IMG/VR virus record: IMGVR_UViG_3300027850_000001
Coordinates: 1 to 40,143 of that record
DNA length: 40,143 bases
Origin: a virus
Direction: 5' to 3' (one strand)
The notes under the pieces were generated by a model that ran no database searches, was not told the DNA's origin, and saw nothing but the letters and a program-made list of their open reading frames with translations. How positions within the stretch are numbered: the stretch's first letter is position 1; every line of letters starts with the position of its first letter. Of the stretch, positions 25,285-31,077 are shown one piece after another. The position numbers were made by a program, and so were the translations under genes.

Positions 25285-25461
25285 CTATATTTTGTAAAGG
25301 TAAGTAGGGCTAGCGGAAGTAGACTTGATAGTGCGTGCATCTAAAGGACGGAAGAACTCGTTAGGAAAACCAGCTATTCCAAAGCTTGTCTTTCCTTTGA
25401 TGGTCACTTGGTAAGATGTACCGTGGATGTCTTGAACTAAGTCGTTTACTTGGATGTCCAT
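25285..25461 (-). CDS. 58-aa hypothetical protein (below the ORF-track cutoff).
   Basis: Hand translation: MDIQVNDLVQDIHGTSYQVTIKGKTSFGIAGFPNEFFRPLDARTIKSTSASPTYLYKI. It is the first ORF after promoter 25497..25505, with leader AAAGAAGAAAGAAAAGAGAAAGGAACAAAACAAA. Confidence 0.5.
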   Translation of the reverse strand: MDIQVNDLVQDIHGTSYQVTIKGKTSFGIAGFPNEFFRPLDARTIKSTSASPTYLYKI

Positions 25462-25496
25462 TTTGTTTTGTTCCTTTCTCTTTTCTTTCTTCTTTT

Positions 25497-25505
25497 ATTA
25501 TAACA
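25497..25505 (-). promoter_or_regulatory. Extended -10 promoter TGTTATAAT.
   Basis: The minus strand reads CCTTGTTATAATAAAAGAAG. Confidence 0.6.
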
Positions 25506-25546
25506 AGGAAAACCGCGCTTGAACCGAAACTTGAAAGATATTTGTG

Positions 25547-25744
25547 TTAAGTAATGTTAAGCTTGTTAGTTAAGTAGGTCATGTCAGACTTGGTGATGCA
25601 TAACACTTGACCACCGTCTGTAGTTGGTAAGGCGTGAACCTTAACCTCAAAGAAGTCTAACACCTCCCAGGTGAGAGAGAAGCACTTTACAACTTCTCCC
25701 AGGGGTACTAACTCTTCAGATCCGAAATAGTACTGTTTAGTCAT
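25547..25744 (-). CDS. Small early protein, paralog family member 3.
   Basis: 65 aa. Its pattern LVPLGEVVKCF...VHAL.T.DGGQVLCITKSDMTYL parallels the two upstream paralogs. Confidence 0.5.
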   Translation of the reverse strand: MTKQYYFGSEELVPLGEVVKCFSLTWEVLDFFEVKVHALPTTDGGQVLCITKSDMTYLTNKLNIT

Positions 25745-25751
25745 ATCTCCC

Positions 25752-26021
25752 TTAAGTTAAACCGTCTTCTTTGAACCGTTCCATTATTAGATGTGAAATG
25801 CGAAGTAGGTCATTATACTGGATGCAACTGTGTTCTACGGCATAACTATCGGTAATAAGGTGTAAGGCTATCTTAAGTTCTTTCAGGAATGATAAGGTGT
25901 CAGACAACCCATACAACCGATAGACGTCGACAACAGGGGTGAAGGTGTTCTTACCTTTAGTTGTGAACACTCTGAAGCTATTAGTGGACAAAGCAACTGT
26001 TTTCTCTCTGGTAGCCAACAT
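25752..26021 (-). CDS. Small early protein, paralog family member 2.
   Basis: 89 aa. FRVFTTKGKNTFTPVVDVYRLY...LHLITDSYAVEHSCIQYNDLLRISHLIM aligns with 26051..26422. Confidence 0.55.
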   Translation of the reverse strand: MLATREKTVALSTNSFRVFTTKGKNTFTPVVDVYRLYGLSDTLSFLKELKIALHLITDSYAVEHSCIQYNDLLRISHLIMERFKEDGLT

Positions 26022-26050
26022 ATCTTTTCTCCTATTTGTATTACGGAATG

Positions 26051-26422
26051 TTAAGAGTGGTACATGATGCCTTCACTATAGATGCATCGATACTTTTTTG
26101 TTTCAGTCGGAGCGTCTACTATTTCTTCCGCGATAAGCTTTACCATTGTGTCTTCATAGTCACTAGCCATTAGGGTGCTGGCAATAGCTAACATGTCATA
26201 GTAGGTAACGCAAACATGTTCCCCTTCAATAATGTCCGTAACAGTGTGAAGGGTGGTTTTATGATAGTCCATTAAAGACCAAGTGACGGCAACTGTGAAA
26301 AGCTTATTCAGATCCGCGATAGGTACATATACTTCTGTACTACTATCGGCGAACAGTCTAAAACCACGACCACTTGAGAAAGTAACCTTTGTTAGGTTTG
26401 TAGCGAACATCGTATATTTCAT
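26051..26422 (-). CDS. Small early protein, paralog family member 1 (possible Bro-N/KilA-N-like DNA-binding fold).
   Basis: 123 aa. FRLFADSSTEVYVPIADLNKLF...LHTVTDIIEGEHVCVTYYDMLAIASTLM. Confidence 0.55.
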   Translation of the reverse strand: MKYTMFATNLTKVTFSSGRGFRLFADSSTEVYVPIADLNKLFTVAVTWSLMDYHKTTLHTVTDIIEGEHVCVTYYDMLAIASTLMASDYEDTMVKLIAEEIVDAPTETKKYRCIYSEGIMYHS

Positions 26423-26460
26423 TTTAGTTTCTTTTTCTTTTGTTTCTTTCTGACTTCTTC

Positions 26461-26469
26461 ATTGTAACA
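26461..26469 (-). promoter_or_regulatory. Extended -10 promoter TGTTACAAT.
   Basis: The minus strand reads CGTGTTACAATGAAGAAG, immediately after hairpin 26470..26499. Confidence 0.55.
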
Positions 26470-26499
26470 CGAGAGAACTAGTATGACCCGGTTCTCTCG
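26470..26499 (-). terminator. Hairpin downstream of 26510..27172.
   Basis: CGAGAGAAC (26470-26478) pairs with GTTCTCTCG (26491-26499): 9 bp. There is no clear U-tract. Confidence 0.4.
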
Positions 26500-26509
26500 T
26501 TAAGAGATG

Positions 26510-27172
26510 TTAAGCTGCTGTGAGATAAACCATAGCTTCAATATGTGTTTTCCCAACTTCTCTTAGGAGGTCATACTTTGCGTCTGCCAAGTTCAAAATA
26601 TGTAACTCTTTTGAGGTGTAAAGGTTGACCGACTTTATTTCAAGGTTGATAGCGGTTTTGAACTGGTTACGACGTCTACCAAACTGCCAGCCTTCAAGAC
26701 AACCGTCAACGTCAGCCCAATATGCAAACTGTTTGGAATAGGAGTCACGGTGACATTGACGATAGGTTAACCAGTCTTGTCTTTCTTCCGCTTCAAACTT
26801 GACACCAAAGGCATCTGAAAATAGTTGGTGTAAAGATAATGCCGATAATGTTTCTAAGAGTTTAAACGCGGCTTCATTACCTGCTGCTGTTAGGCGTATT
26901 AGGACTAGGTTGAAGTCCGTAAGAGATATCACATTCATAAGTGTGTTATCTAACTCAGTAGCGAGTTTGTGTGGACGAAAAGCCGCTCCCAGTATACGTT
27001 TCAGGCTTTGTGAGGCATGGTTTTGTGTGGACGAAAACGCGAGTAATGTATTAGCTTGGCTTATGGATATAGCATAAGAACCGTCTGGTAACATCAGACC
27101 TTCAAGTTCCATGTCAGCACCTATCTTAACGGTGGTAACAACTGCTTTGGAAGTCTTGGTAACGTCTGTCAT
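26510..27172 (-). CDS. Hypothetical DNA-binding/antirepressor-like protein. Its N-terminal domain is related to the small paralog family.
   Basis: 220 aa. GSYAISISQANTLL...NVISLTDFNLVLIRL resembles the family motif. The functional label is tentative. Confidence 0.45.
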   Translation of the reverse strand: MTDVTKTSKAVVTTVKIGADMELEGLMLPDGSYAISISQANTLLAFSSTQNHASQSLKRILGAAFRPHKLATELDNTLMNVISLTDFNLVLIRLTAAGNEAAFKLLETLSALSLHQLFSDAFGVKFEAEERQDWLTYRQCHRDSYSKQFAYWADVDGCLEGWQFGRRRNQFKTAINLEIKSVNLYTSKELHILNLADAKYDLLREVGKTHIEAMVYLTAA

Positions 27173-27208
27173 GTGGTTTGTTCCTTTGTCTCTTTTCTTT
27201 CTTCTTTT

Positions 27209-27237
27209 ATAGTAACTAAACCTTTAGGTAAATGCAA
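27209..27237 (-). promoter_or_regulatory. Promoter TTGCAT-N17-TACTAT.
   Basis: -35 at 27232-27237, -10 at 27209-27214, then an AAAAGAAGAAAGAAAAGAGA leader. Confidence 0.55.
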
Positions 27238-27257
27238 CAGATATTTACTGAACTTTT

Positions 27258-27533
27258 TCATGTCTCTTTTATATCGGGTAGGTTCCTAAGTACGTTAAGG
27301 CTAAACCATTCACCATGCATCCGATAGGAGCTATACATCTTATGAAGGCTAGCTTCTTTTTTGAAGGCAAGGGCGCGGGAAGAAAACGGAATGGTGTGAA
27401 CTATTTCTAACTTGCCACCGTTACCAGTTTGCAAAGCCTTAACCCGCTTGGCAACATTTTTTGCTATTCCGACTTTCACTCTCAAGCCGTCAGTAATGTA
27501 ATAAACATAGCATACAGGTACATCATGTATCAT
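27258..27533 (-). CDS. T5orf172 / MUG113-type (GIY-YIG-like) domain protein.
   Basis: 91 aa. YVYYITDGLRVKVGIAKNVAKRVKALQTGNGGKLEIV...HGEWFSL fits the T5orf172 pattern (Y.Y....KIG.T.....R...LQTGN...L...EWF). Confidence 0.6.
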   Translation of the reverse strand: MIHDVPVCYVYYITDGLRVKVGIAKNVAKRVKALQTGNGGKLEIVHTIPFSSRALAFKKEASLHKMYSSYRMHGEWFSLNVLRNLPDIKET

Positions 27534-27701
27534 TTATTTTAGACCTATTTTAGGGTTGAGTAACGGGATATCCTTACATGGTAAGGCTTTGACGGTTTTG
27601 TGTCTTTATTCTGAGTAACGAAACTACTTAGGGCTAGAAGGCATGAAAAAGCCTCTCACAATGATATGTATCAGAATGGGAGGCTAAGGTCGTCATGAGG
27701 C

Positions 27702-28169
27702 TTACAGACCTGTTTCACGGGTATTAACCATTGCGAAGTAAAGATGACTGGTTAGAAGGTCAGCAAGTTGAATAAACCAGGGTAATAAAGGAAAAGTGCT
27801 ATTCGGATCTGGGGTTGTAGGGTCATCGTAAGTTAGGCAGTCGATGGCGTATGTAAAGTCAAGCATACGTTGTTTGCTATAGGTGTTGTCTTGGCGATAG
27901 GAAGACAACCATTCATTACCTTGCTTGAAGGCTATCTCTTTTATGTCTTCCAAAGAGTAACCGTCACGCAATAGTGAACGTGATAGGCTGTTAGCTTTAC
28001 GACTGCAACAGTCTTTGCCAAAGTGTTGCTTCAGTCTGGAATGTAACATATTATGGGTCATGCCGTAACGTGGTGCTAATGTTCTAAGGCTGTAACCCAT
28101 CAACCAAAATAGACGTGCTTCAGATGCTTCTAATAAAGACAAAATAGGAGTAGCCTTTAGTGGGGACAT
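27702..28169 (-). CDS. Helix-turn-helix DNA-binding protein. It could be a regulator, and a small-terminase-like role is not excluded.
   Basis: 155 aa. It has an N-terminal HTH-like stretch GYSLRTLAPRYGMTHNMLHSRLKQ. Confidence 0.5.
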   Translation of the reverse strand: MSPLKATPILSLLEASEARLFWLMGYSLRTLAPRYGMTHNMLHSRLKQHFGKDCCSRKANSLSRSLLRDGYSLEDIKEIAFKQGNEWLSSYRQDNTYSKQRMLDFTYAIDCLTYDDPTTPDPNSTFPLLPWFIQLADLLTSHLYFAMVNTRETGL

Positions 28170-28172
28170 ATT

Positions 28173-28394
28173 ATGTTTTCCTTTGAGTTGTTTTATGTTG
28201 TTGACGGTAAGAAGTCTTTTTACGCGGGTGAGAATGCCTTTGGTTTTTGGTTTATCAACTTGGTTGACCGAACTAAGAGTGTAGTACTGTTAGCCGATAA
28301 GGATACCGTAAAGGTATATGTTGAACCTACCGATAGCATTCCCTCCTTACCTTCTATTATAACACCAAAAGCAGGTAAAAAGCATGTTGACTGA
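28173..28394 (+). CDS. Doubtful hypothetical protein.
   Basis: 73-aa ORF whose ATG is 3 nt from the divergent ATG of 27702..28169. It is crossed antisense by promoter 28356..28364. No RBS or promoter seen. Confidence 0.3.
   Translation: MFSFELFYVVDGKKSFYAGENAFGFWFINLVDRTKSVVLLADKDTVKVYVEPTDSIPSLPSIITPKAGKKHVD
28356..28364 (-). promoter_or_regulatory. Extended -10 promoter TGTTATAAT, driving 27702..28169 through a ~180-nt leader.
   Basis: The minus strand reads GGTGTTATAATAGAAGGTAAGGAGGG. Confidence 0.55.
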
Positions 28395-28569
28395 GAAATA
28401 TGTTGCAACAGTTGCGCGGGTTTGCGTGACAATAACAGCGATAGTGGCAACGACGGTCGTGACAGTAATAAAACCAGATGTTGCGCCAGTGTTCACTAGT
28501 GTTGCGGTAGGTGCTATATCGGGCTTCTTTGCCATCTCTCGGAACAATGATAATAACAAGTCGGAGTAA
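28384..28569 (+). CDS. Holin-like small membrane protein.
   Basis: 61 aa with two hydrophobic helices (VARVCVTITAIVATTVVTVI and VFTSVAVGAISGFFAI) and a polar/charged C-terminus SRNNDNNKSE. Confidence 0.45.
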   Translation: MLTEKYVATVARVCVTITAIVATTVVTVIKPDVAPVFTSVAVGAISGFFAISRNNDNNKSE

Positions 28570-28572
28570 CCT

Positions 28573-28929
28573 ATGTCTTTATTCAAGTCAATAACGGGTG
28601 TTGCGCAACAGGCTTTGGGAAAGACAAAAGACTTTCGGAAGATATTGGACGCCGCACCTGGTTTGTCTTCTTTCACGTTCCCGCCGCAAGTAACCCTTGG
28701 TTTGACCATTGCTAACAAGTTAGGGTTAGGCTTACCTACTACGCCGGAGCAAGCTATTACACGTATTCTAGGTAGTACTAAAGGCATCGACAACATACTA
28801 GGTACGTTAAAGAATACAACCGCACAAGTAGAAGGCTTTTTAGGGCAAGGAATAGTCAAGATAGGTGGTATCGAACAAAAAGCAGATAGCGTCCAGAAAG
28901 TCTTGAATAGTATCGAGTGGTTACAGTAG
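28573..28929 (+). CDS. Hypothetical protein, second gene of the plus-strand island.
   Basis: 118 aa, with GGAG 8 nt upstream of the ATG. Its composition is more protein-like than that of the antisense 170-aa ORF. Confidence 0.55.
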   Translation: MSLFKSITGVAQQALGKTKDFRKILDAAPGLSSFTFPPQVTLGLTIANKLGLGLPTTPEQAITRILGSTKGIDNILGTLKNTTAQVEGFLGQGIVKIGGIEQKADSVQKVLNSIEWLQ

Positions 28930-28938
28930 ACACAACAA

Positions 28939-28962
28939 AAGCCTACTTTTTAGGGTAGGCTT
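28939..28962. terminator. Hairpin usable in both directions. It has a better U-tract on the minus strand.
   Basis: AAGCCTAC (28939-28946) pairs with GTAGGCTT (28955-28962). The minus-strand RNA continues UUUGUUGUG. Confidence 0.6.
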
Positions 28963-29006
28963 CAGAAGCTGTCAGAAGAAGGTGTTATCTCAGTGAAGTG
29001 ACGATA

Positions 29007-29015
29007 AGTATAACA
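29007..29015 (-). promoter_or_regulatory. Extended -10 promoter-like TGTTATACT inside the ncRNA locus, about 70 nt upstream of the terminator.
   Basis: The minus strand reads CATTGTTATACTTATCG. The 9-mer is identical to the one at 1805..1813. Confidence 0.4.
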
Positions 29016-29575
29016 ATGAAGCTATTCCTTATATAGTGTCAAGACCCGCCTTAGTTTTAACTGTTTCCAGTCCTTCAAGCAAACAAGTTGACATGAGAAC
29101 CTAGTAGACATCCAGACCTAAGCGCCAGCTAATAGGTTAAGACGTCTATTCGGTTTTTTTCCCTAGCTATCGAAGTATTTAGACTTACTTGTAGTGCGGG
29201 CTACTTGGCTAACACTACCGATAGCATCAGGGTTAGGCGTCGAGTACTTTTCTGAACTTTGGTATCCATCTTGTCTCAGTCTTCAACCCGGTAGCGCTTT
29301 GGACGCTGGCGCTATAATGACCGTAGTCACTAGTTTAATAACGCTACCGAATATCCCACTGAAACAACCTTCAACCTTAGTCCTTACTAAGTACCGTCAA
29401 CCTAACAATGTGAGAGAGAAGTATTTACTAGGACACGGAATGGACTTACGCGCTCTCATACACTCTACGTGCTGAATATTTGCACTGCGTTCCGTATTAG
29501 TTGGTTTATCTTCCGGGAACTGCCCTTAGGTGTTCTGCCTTGACTTCCCCGCTCTTCTCTTTCCCTCACTTCTAT

Positions 29576-29584
29576 ATAATAACA
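29576..29584 (-). promoter_or_regulatory. Extended -10 promoter TGTTATTAT for the ORF-free unit.
   Basis: The minus strand reads CTTTGTTATTATATAGAAGTGAGGGAAAGAGAAGAG. The purine-rich leader resembles the other early units, but no start codon follows. Confidence 0.5.
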
Positions 29585-29632
29585 AAGACTGTCTGAAAAT
29601 GCAAGGGCTTTTTGAAGCTTTTGTACTGAACT

Positions 29633-30493
29633 TTAATGAACATCATTAGGGTATAAAAAGCACGCGTATTCCAAGATGTTATCACATACTAAAACCGAGA
29701 ATGGAACATCTATAGGTGTACCAGGCGTCTGTAATATTTTTTGGACTTCACTTTCTAAAGTTAAGAGCTTGGCTTTTGGTAAAGTTTCTATTCGGTCTAA
29801 AAGTGCGACCATCTTACGCATCCTATCAGTAGTAGGTGTAGGTAGTGTATGTAACCTGGTGAGCCATCTTGGACTATTAAAGACGACAGGTTTTAGACTC
29901 CATATCATGACCCATTTTCCACAATAAAACGTCTTCTTTAGTACAGCTTCTTCAGGGTACGCCGCAACTTCAGGGGTCATAGGTATAACAGGTAGTTCAG
30001 GTTTTGGCTCTTTAACTGGTGTAATAACTTCAGTAGGTACTAATACTTCCTTAACGACTTCGACACTTTCCGAAACTTGACCTGTTTTAGGTTTACCGTT
30101 TTCAAAACGGAGAACCCTAGCTTTTTTAGCTTTTTCGGATCTGATGGTTTTTAGTCTTAGCTTCTCTTTATCACTAGCAGCTTTACGACCAGCCCTTGAT
30201 AGTTCCCAAAGTGTCCTTTGGTTTAGCTCTTCAAACTCAACGTCAGTCAAGGCATATTCATTATATATAGTGTCAGGTTTAATGAAACTATAGTCTGGAA
30301 CGACCTTGTAATAGTCCTTATGTAGCTTCACATAGCTTTGAATAGCCCTTCTGATAAGCTCGGAGTCAGACATATCCATAGCAATAGCAAGGGAATGAAA
30401 CGTCATGTGATGTGCGCTATTGATATTAAATGATACAGTGTGACTAGGCATCCGTTTATTTCTTGGTCTGAACTCGGTAGTTTCGTCAGTCAT
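29633..30493 (-). CDS. Ribbon-helix-helix (CopG/Arc-type) DNA-binding protein with a long C-terminal extension. First gene of the minus arm.
   Basis: 286 aa. The N-terminal HTVSFNINSAHHMTFHSLAIAMDMSDSELIRRAIQSYV fits a strand-helix-helix RHH layout. It lies next to the divergent promoter region. Confidence 0.55.
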   Translation of the reverse strand: MTDETTEFRPRNKRMPSHTVSFNINSAHHMTFHSLAIAMDMSDSELIRRAIQSYVKLHKDYYKVVPDYSFIKPDTIYNEYALTDVEFEELNQRTLWELSRAGRKAASDKEKLRLKTIRSEKAKKARVLRFENGKPKTGQVSESVEVVKEVLVPTEVITPVKEPKPELPVIPMTPEVAAYPEEAVLKKTFYCGKWVMIWSLKPVVFNSPRWLTRLHTLPTPTTDRMRKMVALLDRIETLPKAKLLTLESEVQKILQTPGTPIDVPFSVLVCDNILEYACFLYPNDVH

Positions 30494-30513
30494 AACTATC
30501 CCTGTTTTTCTTT

Positions 30514-30522
30514 ACTATAACA
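30514..30522 (-). promoter_or_regulatory. Extended -10 promoter TGTTATAGT for the RHH gene.
   Basis: The minus strand reads CTTGTGTTATAGTAAAGAAAAACAGGGATAGTTATG. Confidence 0.55.
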
Positions 30523-30538
30523 CAAGATCCGAAAAGTG

Positions 30539-30547
30539 TGTTAAGAT
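30539..30547 (+). promoter_or_regulatory. Extended -10 promoter TGTTAAGAT, rightward and divergent from 30514..30522.
   Basis: The plus strand reads AAAGTGTGTTAAGATAGAGATATG. Confidence 0.5.
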
Positions 30548-30585
30548 AGAGATATGAAAAAGATAGCACGGTCACGGGTAAGGTT

Positions 30586-30723
30586 ATGGCTCAAACACCT
30601 GAAGAGAGACAAGCTGAAAAAGATGCACGCCTCTCCGAGTTGGCTAGAATGAAAGAAGAGACAAGGCTGCTGGCGGAAGAGTACGCCGCCTTAAGAAAAG
30701 CCCTAAGGGACTCGATGAAATAA
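30586..30723 (+). CDS. 45-aa coiled-coil-like leader peptide candidate (below the ORF-track cutoff).
   Basis: Hand translation: MAQTPEERQAEKDARLSELARMKEETRLLAEEYAALRKALRDSMK. TAAGG lies upstream. An alternative 32-codon ORF starts at 30554 in another frame. Confidence 0.4.
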   Translation: MAQTPEERQAEKDARLSELARMKEETRLLAEEYAALRKALRDSMK

Positions 30724-30728
30724 CACAG

Positions 30729-30765
30729 AATAGGTATAGCACATTAAGGCTATGCCTATTTTATT
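30729..30765 (+). terminator. Strong rho-independent terminator immediately before the first late gene.
   Basis: AATAGGTATAGC (30729-30740) pairs with GCTATGCCTATT (30749-30760): 12 bp including one G-U, with an 8-nt loop. TTTTATT follows and abuts ATG 30766. Confidence 0.7.
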
Positions 30766-31077
30766 ATGAGGGAAAAACAGAGATATACTAGGCTACTTGA
30801 CAAACTAGGTTCTTTCCGTGCTGACATAGAAGATATCTTAACGCAGGCAGAAGCCGTTTATCAGGCATGCCAAGTTGATGGTTATTTGACTCAGAAAGTG
30901 GCGGGAAAAGACGCTATCGACTTATTGGAACGTTTACCGTCAGTGGCAATACAAGCGGTTACGTTGAAGCTAGCGGCTGTCAAGTGGATAACGGAACAGG
31001 CTGCATTAGAAGATAGCATCGAGACGGATGACGATGCAACTGTCATTAAGGTTGTTTTCTCGGAGGTTAAGGAATGA
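30766..31077 (+). CDS. Hypothetical protein upstream of the portal gene, possible small terminase subunit.
   Basis: 103 aa with an ATGA overlap with the portal gene. The call is from position only. Confidence 0.4.
   Translation: MREKQRYTRLLDKLGSFRADIEDILTQAEAVYQACQVDGYLTQKVAGKDAIDLLERLPSVAIQAVTLKLAAVKWITEQAALEDSIETDDDATVIKVVFSEVKE

Larger units (their letters stand above)
28932..29570 (-). ncRNA. Candidate ~640-nt structured non-coding RNA of an unrecognised class.
   Basis: The span has an early-class promoter at 29576..29584 and a terminator at 28939..28962. Hand-read ATG ORFs on the minus strand reach at most about 30 codons. Multiple perfectly nested helices are present (details in findings). 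Confidence 0.45.

Noticed and set aside
27651-27684. Terminator hairpin after the HTH gene (GCCTC...GAGGC preceded by an A-run).
   Set aside because: Only 5 bp pair cleanly on the minus-strand RNA, and the loop is about 23 nt. This is too weak to call.
28220-28336. 39-codon uORF after promoter 28356 with an AAGGAGG upstream.
   Set aside because: The SD-to-ATG spacing is only 2-3 nt. It is more likely part of the leader of the HTH gene.
28347-28859. 170-aa minus-strand ORF covering the holin-like island.
   Set aside because: It is Cys/Pro-rich with an odd composition and no RBS. The two plus-strand ORFs have better protein character, and one of them has a GGAG.
29194-29475. 93-aa plus-strand ORF inside the ORF-free region.
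   Set aside because: It has a non-ATG start, no RBS or promoter, and a Leu/Ser/Pro-rich composition. It overlaps the helices proposed for the ncRNA. It remains the main alternative if the ncRNA idea fails.
27702-30493. Lysogeny switch (CI/Cro-like pair formed by the RHH and HTH proteins).
   Set aside because: No integrase, excisionase, attP-like site or partition genes are visible. The regulators are better explained as lytic-cycle timing factors, although a temperate lifestyle cannot be formally excluded.
30554-30652. 32-codon basic ORF (MKKIARSRVRLWLKHLKRDKLKKMHASPSWLE) in the late leader.
   Set aside because: It overlaps the 45-codon ORF in another frame and has no RBS. I cannot decide between the two, so I kept the longer one as the feature, at low confidence.
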